Positions 26,845-41,106 of a DNA stretch of 64,000 nt are shown piece by piece. The translations under genes were made by a program, and so were the position numbers. This DNA comes from Octopus vulgaris (Eukaryota), in NCBI GenBank assembly GCA_951406725.2, contig OX597818.1, forward strand, positions 53,072,001 to 53,136,000, written 5' to 3'. The notes under the pieces are model-generated. The model was not told the DNA's origin. It searched no databases and was given only the letters and a program-made list of their open reading frames with translations. The first letter of the stretch is position 1. Each line of letters opens with the position of its first letter.

Positions 26845-27485
26845 TAGTTTTATTTTTATAGCGTGCTTTCACTTCACTACCGAGCGCAGCTCTGTGTGCC
26901 TTAGGTATGTGCTGTAATTTGTTGTGATGCTCTGATGGTTATTTCATGGAAGGTGTTCTGCGTAGGATGTGTGCAGTGCCTAGTAGTGCAATTTTCTGTA
27001 TGCTATATGTGTTTGTAAGTCCTGGTGTTTTTGTTATGAATTTGTCTGAATATTTTTTTATCATGCCTAATGCACCTACTATGATAGGAATTGTTTCTGT
27101 TTTTAGATTCCACATTCTGGTTACTTTTATTTCCAGGTCTTTGTATTTTGAAAGTTTCTCCATTTCTTTTAGAGACACGTTGTCATCTGCCGATATTGAT
27201 ACATCAATTAGAAAGCATTTTTTTTCTTTCATGATCTCTGACAACTATATCTGGTCTGTTGGCCTTAATTTCTCTATCTGTGTGTATCGGCATATCCCAG
27301 AGTATTGTTGCTTTCTCGTTTTCTGTGACCTTTCCTGGTGTGTACCTATACCATCTTTTTTCTGTTGTTATTCCATAATGTTGGCATAGCTTCCAGTGTA
27401 TGTAGGTTCCAACTCTGTCATGTCTGTGAATATATTCCTTCTTAGCCAGGACTGGGCAGCCAGAGATAATATGATTTATTGTTTC
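26842..27485 (-). mobile_element. R4/Dong-like LINE 3' fragment (CCHC and restriction-like endonuclease) ending in (TAA)n
   Basis: ETINHIISGC..RHD..W..RPDIVV..IDV..EKLSKYKDL..PIIVGALG..QKIALLGTAHILR; one frameshift; 3'UTR joined directly to a TAA array. Confidence 0.88.
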
Positions 27486-27610
27486 TTGGCTATAGAAGGT
27501 ACTTGGCCAAGGTACCACGCGGTGGGAATGAACACAGAGCCATGTGGTTGGCAAACAAGCTTCTTACCACACAGCTACACCACACACATACACGCGTGCA
27601 CACATATATC

Positions 27611-27642
<32 letters not shown>

Positions 27643-27760
27643 ATTTATATATATATATATATATATATATCTGCTACATATGTGGAAAATCAGTGTTTGT
27701 TTGTTTGTGGCGTTGTTATCTAACTCCTCATACATCGTTTAATTGATTTTGATGAAACAT

Positions 27761-28140
27761 GACACGTGAGTAGAACTCATGTCTAGAAACCACGTGACAT
27801 ATTTAGATTGTTGAAAAATCGATAATATGGCCCTTGGAAGGGACCTTTATATCTACCTCATATAACTATTTTTTTAAACACCAAAGACAAATAACCCATT
27901 TCATTGTTTATGTTTGGTTACTTTGAATATTGATTTTTTGCGTGTCCAATTTCTTATTTTTGCAGACAATATCACTTTTTTTACTTTATGTGACACGTGA
28001 GTAGAACTCATGTCTGGAAACCACGTGACATACTAAGATTGTTGAAAAAAAATCGATAATAGGGCTCCTCCAATGGATCCTCCTATCTAATATATATTAA
28101 TAATATTGTATTTTAACAACCCAAGGGAAATAACCCATAC
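27761..28140. repeat. Diverged ~230-bp tandem duplication
   Basis: GACACGTGAGTAGAACTCATGTCT.GAAACCACGTGACATA at 27761 and 27992. Confidence 0.7.
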
Positions 28141-28232
28141 CATTTGCAGTTTTTAGCGAAGCTATCAATATTTGATTCTCACGATCAGCCGACCAAATTC
28201 TGCATTTCGCTACTCACAGTTTTGAACTGTTA

Positions 28233-28638
28233 CTCTTTACTCTCTTTTACTTGTTTCAGTCATTTGACTGCGGCCATGTTGGAGCACCGCCTTTAGACGA
28301 GCAAATCGACCCCGGGACTTATTCTTTGTAAGCCCAGTACTTATTCTATCGGTCTCTTTTGCCGAACCGCTAAGTGACGGGGACGTAAACACACCAGCAT
28401 CGGTTGTCAAGCAATGCTAGGGGGACAAACACAGACACACAAACATATACACACACACTTATATAAATATACATATATACGACAGGCTTCTTTCCATTTC
28501 CGTCTACCAAATCCACTCACAAGGCATTGGTCGGCCCGGGGCTATAGCAGAAGACACTTGCCCAAGGTACCACGCAGTGGGACTGAACCCGGAACCATGT
28601 GGCTGGTTAGCAAGCTACTTACCACACAGCCGCTTCCT
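28233..28638 (-). mobile_element. SINE family A
   Basis: Full copy. Confidence 0.9.
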
Positions 28639-29114
28639 TAATTTGAATCTCTTCATTCATTCATTTCTATACATAGATGCTTTTTGGAATGCCCATTACT
28701 CCGATAATTCTGCATTTTTACAGTTACACTTTCTCCATGACAGTAAATAATTTTTTTTTCCACAACGTATTTGTAGTGGCTTCATGCAGGTGTAGCGTGG
28801 ATTCGATTGCCAAATTTCACTTAACACTTCAACAGCGCTTTTCTCACGGTAAAACAATAGTTTTTCAGTGAACAACAACATCTGACGACCTCTCTCACCA
28901 ACCTCCGACAATCTTTTTTACCAACCTCCGAAAACCTCTCTCGCCAACCTCCAACAATCTCTCCACACTCCAGCTGACAGTTTTTGTACATTTTTGTGAC
29001 GGAAAATACACCTTTTGTGGCAGTTATAACGAAATTGCTTTCTTATATCAGAATGATTAGGCGTTTCAATAGAACATCTTTACCCCCGGGAATTACTGGG
29101 TGCACCAGCTTGTC

Positions 29115-29161
<47 letters not shown>

Positions 29162-29228
29162 TAGATAAATGGTACAACAAGGCACCAATATATATATATA
29201 TATATATACATATATATGCATACATATA

Positions 29229-29284
<56 letters not shown>

Positions 29285-29302
29285 TGTATAAATATATATG
29301 TA

Positions 29303-29346
<44 letters not shown>

Positions 29347-29367
29347 TACATATATATTTATACATAC

Positions 29368-29420
<53 letters not shown>

Positions 29421-30098
29421 TATGCATATGTATGTGTGTGTATATGTTTGTATGTCTGTGTTTGTCCCCCCATCATCGCTTGACAACCGATGCTGGTGTG
29501 TTTACGTCCCCGTAACTTAGCAGTTCGGCAAAAGAGACAGATAGGATAAGTACCAGGCGTACAAGGAATAAGTCTTGGGGGGGGGTAGATTTGCTCGACT
29601 AAAAGGCGATGCTCCAGCATGGCCGCAGTCAAATGACTGAAACTAGTAAAAGAATAAAAGAACATCAAAATCGATGAGTACGTGTTTGTTGTACTTAAGG
29701 ACAAGAGTACCGTGTGTTGTGTTGGCACCGGGTTCCGTCGGATGCGACTGTGTAGTTTTATTTCCTCTATCAAACGAATATAGCGAACGTATGTAAAGCA
29801 ACCGCCAATTCGAATTTCTAACATATAGAGTTACAAGCTGGTTGGTGCTGAAACATACACTTTATAGGTTCTTGGGTCGAGCTGCCCTGGATATATACAC
29901 ATTACATTTTAACTCATGCTGTGAACAATGTGTAACAGACTGGTACACACAGAAGACTAAGTGAACAGACAGCTTATTTTATTTAATCACTTCAAATGTT
30001 TCGTTATTCATCTTTCAAAACAGACATGTAAAGTTATCTCGTATTTAAGCAGTGAATAGTGAGAGGTGACTGTATATCAAAACAGAAAAATAATAAGG

Positions 30099-30144
<46 letters not shown>

Positions 30145-30312
30145 AAGTTGCGGGTGGAGGGAGGAAATCTGAAAGATACGAAAGAAACCATTTCTAGTAT
30201 GAGATATAAAATATGTGCGGTTGTATGTGTGTATTCGCGTGCGTGTGTACTTGTAATTTATGTCTGTGTGTGTGTGTGCGGTGTGTGGTGTGTGTGTTTA
30301 TGTGTTTGTGCA

Positions 30313-30343
<31 letters not shown>

Positions 30344-30457
30344 TGTTTGTGCATGTGTGTGTGGTGTGTGTATATATATATATATCTCCATACACGCATA
30401 TTTACATACATAACTATTTAAAACAATTTGATTCGATAGTTACAAATATATATATGT

Positions 30458-30497
<40 letters not shown>

Positions 30498-30513
30498 GTA
30501 TGTATATGTATAC

Positions 30514-30596
<83 letters not shown>

Positions 30597-30633
30597 TATT
30601 TATATATGTATGTACATATATATAGAGAGAGAG

Positions 30634-30665
<32 letters not shown>

Positions 30666-30877
30666 GGGGAAAAATGAGAGATGGGTGTGGAGGTATTAGT
30701 ATTACATGTGTATGTGAATGTGTGTGAATTGTGTGTTTCTGATTTGGATAAATATGTGTATTAGCGTGTTTGTGTGTATGTGTGCATGTGTGTGTGTGTG
30801 CGTGTGTGTGTATGTGTGTATAGAAAGAGGCAGTGATGAGTATTCTATGTGTATATGTAAACAATTGTATATGTGTA

Positions 30878-31192
30878 GGCTCGTGGCTTAGTGGTTAGGA
30901 CATTCGGCTCATGATCGTAAGGTCGTGAGTTCAATTCCCGGCGGCGCGTTGTGTCCTTGAGCAAGAAACTTTATTTCACGTTCCCCCTGTCCACTCAGCA
31001 AATGAGTAGTACCTGTATTTCAAAGGGCCAGCCTTGTCACACTATATGTTACGCTGGATCTCCTTGAGAACTACATTAAGGGTACACGTGTCTGTGGAGT
31101 ACTCAGCCACTTGCACGTTAATTTCACGAGCAAGCTGTTCCGTTGATCGTATCAGCTGGGACCCTCGTCGTCGCACCCGACGGAGTGCTCCT
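30878..31192 (+). mobile_element. tRNA-derived SINE with CORE-like centre and family C tail
   Basis: TGGCTTAGTGG/GTTCAATTCC boxes; GTGTCCTTGAGCAAG centre; tail shared with family C. Confidence 0.75.
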
Positions 31193-31195
31193 TTA

Positions 31196-31235
<40 letters not shown>

Positions 31236-31478
31236 TGTATGTGTGCATCTAAGTATGCATGCATGCAACTATGCGTATACATATACAAGGTGTATATGTT
31301 TTGTTCCTAACACATTTAATGACAGGACTACTGACATTTCTTCCATTTATGTTTTGTCTTCTGACAAATTTTTCGAGGGTTCATTACATTTTTCGCATCG
31401 CTTGTGAAGTTACTTAACGTCATTCAAATGAAACTCCTCATCTGAACGGCTCATCTGACCACTGCTTTGTAATCATTA

Positions 31479-32088
31479 TTTTCTACTCTAGGCGCAAGGC
31501 CCGCATTTTTGGGTAGGAGGGCAGTCGATTGGATCGACTCCAGTACGCAACTGGTACTTAATTTATCGACTCCGAAAGGATAAAAGGCAAAGTCGACCTC
31601 GGCGGAATTTGAACTCAGAACGTAAAGACAGACGAAATACCTATTTCCTATTTCTTTACTACCCACAAGGGGATAAACATAGAGAGGACAAACAAGGGCA
31701 GACAAAGGGATTAAGTAGATTATATCGACTCCAGTGCGTAACTGGTACTTATTTAATCGACCCCGAAAAGATGAAAGGCAAAGTCGACCCCGGTGGAATT
31801 TGAACTCAGAACGTAACGGCAGACGAAATACGGCTACGCATTTCGTCCTGCGTGCTAACGTTTCTTATTTCTTTGTTGCTCACAAGGGGCTAAACATAGA
31901 GAGGACAAACAAATGGATTAAGTCGATTAGATCGACCCCAGTGCATAACTGATACTTAATTTATCGACTCCGAAAGGATAAAAGGCAAAGTCGACTTCGG
32001 CGGAATTTGAACTCAGAATGTAACGGCAGACGAAATATTGCTAAGCATTTCGCCCGGCGTGCTAACGTTTCTGCCAGCTCGCCACCTT
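31479..32088 (-). mobile_element. SINE family B tandem array (3 units)
   Basis: Repeated ATCGACCCCGAAAGGATGAAAGGCAAAGTCGAC blocks. Confidence 0.88.
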
Positions 32089-32401
32089 TAAGATTAGATT
32101 GTTCTATTAGGATTGTTCATTTCTCTTAAGCTCTTAACGTCATTTCCAGAGTCAGTATAATCGCTTGCCAACGACCAGGTATACTCATCATACTCAGATG
32201 TTCATGAGTGATTCTATTAACTATCGTCAAATCAATTCCCAAACTATGTACTATCTCACGCTTCGTCACTCATCGATCTTCTCTTAAAAGCCATTCAACA
32301 ATAATCGCTTTTTAGAGTTTTTTTATAGAGATTTTCTAAAGAAATTAGAGACAGCACTGACAGTTTCGACGTCTCTATACGAATACATCTACGTAAACAT
32401 T

Positions 32402-32698
32402 GTGAAGGCGCATGGCTCAGTGGTTAGAGCATCGAGCTTACGATCGTGAGGTTGTGAGCTCGAATCCCGGACCGGTCTGCATGTTGTGTTCTTGAGCAAG
32501 ACACTTTATTTCACGCTGCTCCAGTTCACTCAGCTGTAGAAATGAGTTGCGACGTCAGAGGTGCCAAGCTGTATCGGCCCCTTTGGATAACACTGGTGGC
32601 GTGGAGAGGAGGGTCGGAATGCACGGGCGACTGCTGGGTTCGGGAGGGTAACTTTCTAGGTGCAATCCCATGGTCTGTGTCGTGACCGAAGGGGGTCT
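32402..32698 (+). mobile_element. tRNA-derived SINE with CORE-like centre, distinct tail
   Basis: TGGCTCAGTGG..CTCGAATCCC boxes; TTGAGCAAGACACTTTA centre. Confidence 0.7.
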
Positions 32699-33514
32699 CA
32701 GAAAACATTGCGATCGGAGATTTTAAAAAATTGCTGATAATGGGTGCATATGCATATTTTAGAAGTCCTATCTCCTTTCTTCAGCACAGCATTCAACCCA
32801 TTAACCATCCATTTTAGGGGGTGCACTTGCACCCCCTAAAAGTTTTGTGGTGTGTAAATAAAAATTAGCACCCCTACTTACTTTTCTTAGATTTAGAAAA
32901 CGGTGAGTAAAAGGTGATCTGTAAAAAGTACCTTGGATTAAGTTTCTTCTCAAAGAACAAGGAACATAAATAAATAAAACAAAAAAAAATGACCTTGTTT
33001 GGAAAAATTTTGGGGTCTGGGTTTGCAACCCCTAACCAAATTTCATTTCCGAGCCAGTGTCCACGAACCCATTGCTTAAATAGTCACTAAATTTCGCAGT
33101 GTAACACAATTAGATATACAGATTTTACCCACTAAGCAAATCCCTGGCAACTGGTACGTACATATTAATCACAGATGGCGCTTCTGTCGGCGGTCACATC
33201 CACAAGCCGTCAAGACAGCGATTTGTCTTCAAGGAATCTTCGCCTTCAATGGCGTGATACATAACAGTTGCATAGGCAGGGAGCTTTTGTTAAGCACTTT
33301 TTACGTAAATCCTAGCTTTCTTGTGACACAGCTAAGAATAAAATATTCGATAATAGTGCAATAATTCAATTTCTATTTCCAATTTTCACCAATGATCGTC
33401 ATCTTAATCAATTGTATTTTATCGTTTCTGAAAGGTAAAAATAAATATTGATATGCAGAAAATATTTGGAAAACTTCTGTATTTCATATATATATATGTA
33501 TGTATGTATGTACG

Positions 33515-33585
<71 letters not shown>

Positions 33586-33673
33586 GTGTATGTATGTATG
33601 TATGTGTCCAATAATACTTTATTTGTTCCACGTCCTCGCGTTGTTGTGTTTTTTTATGCTTTCTTGTTTGGAT

Positions 33674-33801
<128 letters not shown>

Positions 33802-34576
33802 CACGTAAGTATACGGACGTACGCCTACATCAATACTTCGATTAACGAAATTTCAAAGTTTCAGTTTTCATTTCGAGATCAGAAACTTCGTTATCAGCGA
33901 AAGATAGAAAAAAAGAAGTTCTTTGTAAATACTGAAATGAAAGAAATATATGCTTATTTATTAAAACACAGCAGCTCTGCAATACCTATCATGTACAGAA
34001 AAAGATTCTTTGATGAAAAATTTTCCTTAGTTTTTGGAACAAATAAAAATACGAAGCATTTAAGCATGAATAGGGTACTACGCACTGTTTAACATTTGTA
34101 TTTTTATTTTTAAACTTTTCGTTGCTGAAATCAGTTATATCTATCCATCCAACCACACAGGCATCCATCCATCCATCCATCCATCCATCCATCCATCCAT
34201 CCATCCATCCATCCATACATACATACATACATACATACATACATACATACATACATACATACGTAAATAAACGTATACTACAAACAACATGGCTGGATGC
34301 GACAACAACGCTAACACAATTTTTCCAGAAGTTTATCTTTTAAGTATATGTGCACATGTCAAAACATACAACTATGAGAATACATACATAAAACAAAACA
34401 TACATACATACATACATACCTACATACATACATACATACATACATACATACATACATACATACATACATACATACATGCATATATACATACATACATACA
34501 TACATACATACATGCATATATACATACATACATACATACATACATACATACATACATACATACATACATACATACA

Positions 34577-34784
34577 TGTGACCGCGTGTGTATCGTTGGT
34601 GATTTTTTTTCCTCCGTCTTCTCTTCCTTGGATCTTTCCTTTTTCTGTGTTTCTGACGAAGAGCTCCGCTCGAAACGTTAAATCCTCCTCCTTTCTTTCC
34701 TTTCCTGAGCGTCCAATAACACTATACTTGTTCCACGTCCTCGCGTTGTTGTGTTTTCTCTTTGCGTTTTCATGTTTGGGATTA

Positions 34785-34787
<3 letters not shown>
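34577..34787 (+). mobile_element. Hammerhead cassette family A (~210 bp, Penelope pLTR/retrozyme-like)
   Basis: GTTT-CTGACGA-A-GAGC-TCC-GCTC-GAAA-CG-TT-AAAT at 34649-83; flanked by (CATA)n and (TA)n. Homologous copies at 16927-17133(-) and 40911-41106(+); partial copies at 33605-33678 and 42740-42851; diverged copy at ~23850-24060(-). Confidence 0.75.
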
Positions 34788-34848
<61 letters not shown>

Positions 34849-35051
34849 CATATATACATACATACATTGAAATCCTTAATTCCTGTGCCACAAATGATCG
34901 CGACATCTGGAACTAAAGAAATCTTCAAGAACCCCTTAAAATTTAAAGGATGATGGTTAAAAGAAGATACGTTTTCTTCACGACCTTGCTACCAAGCAGG
35001 CGGTCGGCCAAAATTTCCTCTAAATTTGAAAAAGAAAGAGAATACATACAT

Positions 35052-35093
<42 letters not shown>

Positions 35094-35254
35094 TTTATGT
35101 TCAGTTGTAATAATGATTTTACACTAATCTGAAGGGTTGCTCTTTTGTGGAGTATAAATAAGAATAGTATTGACACTGACTTTGAAGTTTCGGCCGACTT
35201 CGAAGTCACTCTCAATACTGTTCTTGCCCAAAAATTATATATATATATATATAT

Positions 35255-35565
35255 CACCATCAAAATACAGGACCAGATACTGCAACAGCTTGGGTTTCAG
35301 GGGACCACAGCTCTTCAATATCTTTCCTAAATGCCTGAGAGACCTGCATGGTGTGATGTGGGTTTCTTTAAAACTAAACTGGATCTCTTCTTGTCAGGGG
35401 TTCCAGATGAACCTACCTCTCGGCAGGAAATACAAATGCGGGCAGCGGCGTCGAACTCCCTTGTTGATCAAGTGCCACGTATCAGAGATGGTTTCACATA
35501 CTAGTGTAGCTCATTCATCGGTGGTGCCCCAGCATGGCCGCAGCCTTCGGGCTGAAACATTTTTA
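35255..35565 (+). mobile_element. CR1/L2-group LINE 3' end
   Basis: NSLGFRGPQLFNIFPKCLRD / FKTKLDLFLSGVPDEP..RAAASNSLVDQ, then a 3' hairpin CAGCC-TTCG-GGCTG. Confidence 0.75.
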
Positions 35566-35580
35566 AGGATTTATATATAT

Positions 35581-35662
35581 ATAGAATTGTTGTATACTGT
35601 CAATTTAACGTGACAGTAGGGGATTACTGTCACGTTAAATTGACAGTATACAACCATTCTAT
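35581..35662. repeat. Hairpin with 38-bp arms
   Basis: ATAGAATTGTTGTATACTGTC..GACAGTA-GGGGAT-TACTGTC..CAACCATTCTAT; one mismatch. Confidence 0.9.
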
Positions 35663-35711
35663 CGCCCCACCACCGTACATATCTCTATGAGATATTTAGA
35701 AATTTAATATT

Positions 35712-35752
<41 letters not shown>

Positions 35753-35936
35753 AGAGTAAACATATAAATGTGAAACAAGGTGGAAAAAAGAGTACTCAAA
35801 TACCAGAGGTAGAATAATATGTTTTATTTAAAAGCAGCAGAAATTCAACAAAACCTGTTACTCGAAGTTTCACGTTCCCGTTCGTGGGACAGTTTCGTTA
35901 AAATTTTAACAAAACTGTCTGCTGCTTTTAAATAAA

Positions 35937-35970
<34 letters not shown>

Positions 35971-36456
35971 GAAACTCGGAATTTTATTATAGCAACCAAA
36001 CAATTGTCACATATTATATTACAGATATAATTATTATATTATATATATAGACAGACATAAGGAGAGAATGAGTATGTATGTATGTATTTATAAGAGTCGT
36101 ATTGGCAACACTGCAATATCTGTTTCGACTCAATGAGACCTTATATCAACTTTTCATGTCATTCTTTAAGCAATGGGCGGGAAAGCATAAATCAAATGCG
36201 AAGGTGGGCTTTTTCTTCCTTTCTTTCTCTCTCGTCCTCTTCCTTCCTTTCTTCCTTTCTTTGTTTCTTTCTTTCTCATTCCTAAATCAGTTACATTACA
36301 GAGAGAGAGAGAGAGACAGAGAGAGAGGGGGGGTCGTTGGGGATCAATCATGGCGACAATTTTTTTTTTTGAGATGAGGTTCAGGGATGGAGAGGAATTA
36401 GTTGCATCTTTCCCTATTGAAAAACACTCGCTGTGTGCTTGAATTCATGTATTTAT

Positions 36457-36459
<3 letters not shown>

Positions 36460-36507
<48 letters not shown>

Positions 36508-36566
36508 CATACGCACACATGTGTATGAGCGCGCATGTAAGACATGTTTACAAACGGAAATGTGTG

Positions 36567-36614
<48 letters not shown>

Positions 36615-37083
36615 TAGATAGATATAGATATAGATATAGATAGATAGATAGACATACACACAGACAGACAGATAGATAGAAAAAATAGATAGATATATAT
36701 ATAGAGAGAAAGAGAGACACATAGGTACTACATATATACATATATACATACATACATATATGCATACATACATACACACATACATACATACATACTACAT
36801 ATATACATATATACATACATATATGCATACATACATACATACACACATACATACATATATATATATATACATACATACATACATACATACTACATATATA
36901 CATATACATATATACATATATACATACATACATATGCATACATACATGCATACATACATGCATACATACATACACAATACGACATGTATACATACATACA
37001 TACATACATACATACATACACATACATACATACATACATAATACATATATACATACACACATACATACATACATATATATATA

Positions 37084-37117
<34 letters not shown>

Positions 37118-37255
37118 CATACATACATATAAGCATACATACATACATACATATAAGCATACATACATACATACATACATACATGCATACATACATACAT
37201 ACATACATACATACATACATACATACATACATACATACATACATACATACATGCA
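36460..37255. repeat. Compound (CA)/(TA)/(GATA)/(CATA) microsatellite
   Basis: Direct reading. Confidence 0.95.
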
Positions 37256-37787
37256 TAGATGTAGGCATGCATAAACGCAGCTGAGATAATGGAAAGTAAG
37301 GAACTCGTGTTGTTACTTGGCTTCCCAAAATCAAAAAAACAGTGGTTGTTATGGTTTAGCAAAATACCGAGCTCGTGAAATTTAGCTGATAGCGTGAGGC
37401 AGGAAACTAGACAGACGCTGACGAAAATCTAGAAGATGAAGAAGAAGAACAGTGATGGTTGAGGAGGAGGAGGAGGAGGAGGAGGAGGAAGAGGAGGAGG
37501 AGGAGTGAGGAGGACGAGGAGGAGAGAAAATGTTTCAGGGAGACACGGATGTTGATGGTGGTGGTCGTGGTGGTCGTGGTGGATTTTGCGGTGCTGGCAT
37601 TGGTGGATTTGTTTGGTTGTGGTGGTTGTGGTTGTGGTGGTGGTGGTGATGGTAGTGGTGGTGGTGGTGGTGGAGGTGAGGTCAGGTGCTGGCGATGCAG
37701 CCGCTGTAGTGATTGTTGCTGTTGCAGTGTATGTATGTATGTATGTGTGCATGTGTGTGTTTATGTGCGCGCACTTGTATGTGTACG

Positions 37788-37845
<58 letters not shown>

Positions 37846-38014
37846 TGTATATGTATGTATATATATATATATAGGTATGTATGTGTGTATATATATATAT
37901 ATATGCATGTAGGTATGTGCGTGAGTGTGTGTGTGTGTCTATATGTTTATATACGCGCACACACACACACATACATACATATATATACATATATATATAT
38001 ACATATACATGTGT

Positions 38015-38078
<64 letters not shown>

Positions 38079-38238
38079 GCATACATAACTATTATATAAT
38101 ACCGCGTATGCTCACACATCTTCATCAGTATTGACATGTATATGCATATATATACATCGATACACACACGCATACACATATGTGTGACTGTATACGTGTA
38201 TGTGCATGTGTTTGTGTGTGTGTATATGTGTGTATATA

Positions 38239-38279
<41 letters not shown>

Positions 38280-38657
38280 CTGAGTATCTGTTGCTTTTTA
38301 GCAATCCGTGCTTTTGTCTTTTTTGAGGGTCTTTTTTTCTTGCGTGTGTGTTCTGTGATTTGTAGGGATTTTTCTTACTTTTGATGAAGCTGGTGTTGGT
38401 GGAGTTGTTGTTGTTGTTGTTGTTGTTGGTATTGCTGTTGGCAAAATGAAAGGGAACTAAGATGGATGGCACGGGAGGCGGGCGGGTGGAATGTGGTGGG
38501 GAAGATGTTGGCAGAAAGTCAAATAAAATAGTTTAGCTCCGACACAATAAACAAACAATATAAACAGATGAGAAAGTCGAGGAGAATATTGGCGAAAATC
38601 GCTTAGAAGGAAGCGATGGTGAAACTGAGCAACTTTGGAGTTATGGAACGAGAAGAT

Positions 38658-38699
<42 letters not shown>

Positions 38700-38728
38700 C
38701 AGGCAGATAGACAGACAGTTAGATAGAC

Positions 38729-38795
<67 letters not shown>

Positions 38796-38869
38796 CAGGC
38801 AGGCAGACAGACAGTTAGATCGACTAATCGATCGGCCTATATATATATATATATACACTCATATATATA

Positions 38870-39058
38870 GGGAGAGATTACGAAAAAAACAAAAGACGAA
38901 AACAGGTGGTGTACAAAACAAACAGATGTATTAGTATAACACTCAGGAGTAGAAAAAGTCTTTTAAGTTTCGAGCCTACGCTCTTCCACAGAAAGGGACA
39001 CAGAAAAAACAAGGAGAGAAAAAATGTGTGTAGTGGCTAACGATCTATCATGACGACT
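38870..39058 (-). mobile_element. Cassette family B copy
   Basis: Reverse copy; motif at 38960-95 (CTGTGGA core). Confidence 0.7.
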
Positions 39059-39073
39059 ACATACATACATGCA

Positions 39074-39132
<59 letters not shown>

Positions 39133-39133
<1 letters not shown>

Positions 39134-39346
39134 CTCTTTTGCTCTTTTCTTTGTTTCAGTCATTTGACTGTGGCCATGATGGAGTACCGCCTTTAGTCGA
39201 AGAAATCGACCCCCAGGACTTATTCTTTGTAAGCATAGTACTTATTCTATCGGTCTCTTTTGCCGAACCGCTAACTTACGGGGACGTAAACACACCAGCA
39301 TCGGTTGTCAAGCAATGCTGGAGTACAAACACAGACACACAGACAC

Positions 39347-39383
<37 letters not shown>

Positions 39384-39550
39384 CGACAGGCTTCTTTCAG
39401 TTTCCGTTTCAGTTTCGGTTTACCAAATCACTCACAAGGCTTTGATCGAGGCTATAGTAGAAGACAAGTGCCCACGGTGCCATGCAGTGAGACTGAACCC
39501 AGAATCATGTGGTTGGTAAGCAAGGTACTTCCCACACAGCCACTCCTGCG

Positions 39551-39553
<3 letters not shown>
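39133..39553 (-). mobile_element. SINE family A
   Basis: Full copy. Confidence 0.88.
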
Positions 39554-39625
<72 letters not shown>

Positions 39626-40836
39626 TCTTTCACTTGTTTCAGTCATTTGACTGTGGCCATGCTTAGCATTGTCAATCCGTATTTTAGATAGATACATAGA
39701 CAGACGGACGAATGGATGGATGAATAGACGAGAGGTGCTGTAAAGGGAAATGTCAAGAAAATTTTTTACGATGCTACACAAATATTTAGACGTGTGAGTC
39801 TATTTTAAATTGACTGTCTAACTTAAAATTAATTGATTAGTTAAATACCAGAGAAATGTCAAAATATTTGAAATAAATAAAACTTCAAATGATGCTTGCT
39901 ATAGTGGAAATTATATAAGGGGCGTAACTCTTGGCAAAGATGTTTATCGAAGTGTCAACATTTTAAAAACAACTCAGATCTTGCATTTAGAAACTGAGAT
40001 GAATTAAGGTGGTTTTTAAAATGGAAATTTATCCTCAGTAAAATAGGGTCGACTTTTATAAAGGATCTTCCTATTGATTGTTAAAGTCAGTAACACCTTT
40101 ATTCAAGTACCATGTGTAATTGTTTAATTTTTCAATATACTTCTTTTCTGTGTGAATAAAAGAAAAAGTGTAACTGAAATACCTTTACATAAATTCGATA
40201 ACAATCTTACATATATTGTTAATCCGAATTTCAAACCGAACTCTAGCAGTTTGGTGACTTTCACTTCATAAATGATCGCATCACTATTTAGTTACCTAAG
40301 AGGAATACATGAATCATATCCATATTTGAAACCTAACATCCATTCATGTTTGAAATTGAATTGTTAATGAAATTTAAGAGGTGAATGGGCGGTTATGTTG
40401 AGAGTGCCATGGCGATGCATTTCGGGTGTACTTGCTTACTACTTAGAACAAATGTGTGTGGAAAAGCTACCATAGAATTTAATGAGCTGTAGAAGCAATT
40501 GTTTATACGTGATGGCCCCTGAAACACTAGCTCTTTACCGCTTCTTATGGATTCATTCCACAGTCACATCGCTTTTGCTTTATTGTTTGCTCGCGGCTTC
40601 AATCGTCCTTCATTTCCCCCTCATCTTACTCGTCTGAACATTCTAGGGAGATATTTCGACACACAACTCAGGGAACAGCCAACCATTTTGTGCAGATTTT
40701 CAATAAGGATGCACTGGGCAAATTTAAGACTAGAGATCTTTCCCATTATTGAAGCACATTTCTCCATGTAAAAGTTCTGTGTTTATATAGAATTTGTGTG
40801 CGTGTCTGTATAAACATATATACATACACACGCACA

Positions 40837-40910
<74 letters not shown>

Positions 40911-40913
<3 letters not shown>

Positions 40914-41106
40914 CCGCGTGTGTACCGTTGACAATTCTTTTCCTTCCTTGGATCTTTCCTTTTCCTATGTTTCTGACGAAGAGCTCCCCTCGAAACGTTA
41001 AATCCTTCATCTTTCCTTCCTTTCCTGAGCGTCCAATAACACTATACTTGTTCCACGTCCTCGTGTTGTTGTGTTTTCTCTTTGTGTTTTCATGTTTGGA
41101 TTAACT
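40911..41106 (+). mobile_element. Hammerhead cassette family A copy
   Basis: Motif at 40969-41003 (one stem II mismatch); both ends in (TA)n. Confidence 0.75.

Noticed and set aside
37385-37430. CTGAT...GAAACTAG hammerhead-like string (similar weak strings near 2450, 11907, 20900, 33870, 46395)
   Set aside because: Core incomplete and stems I/II do not pair convincingly.
37459-37720. Poly-Arg/Gly/Pro/Thr ORFs
   Set aside because: (GGA)n and (GGT)n triplet repeats without convincing splice or domain evidence.
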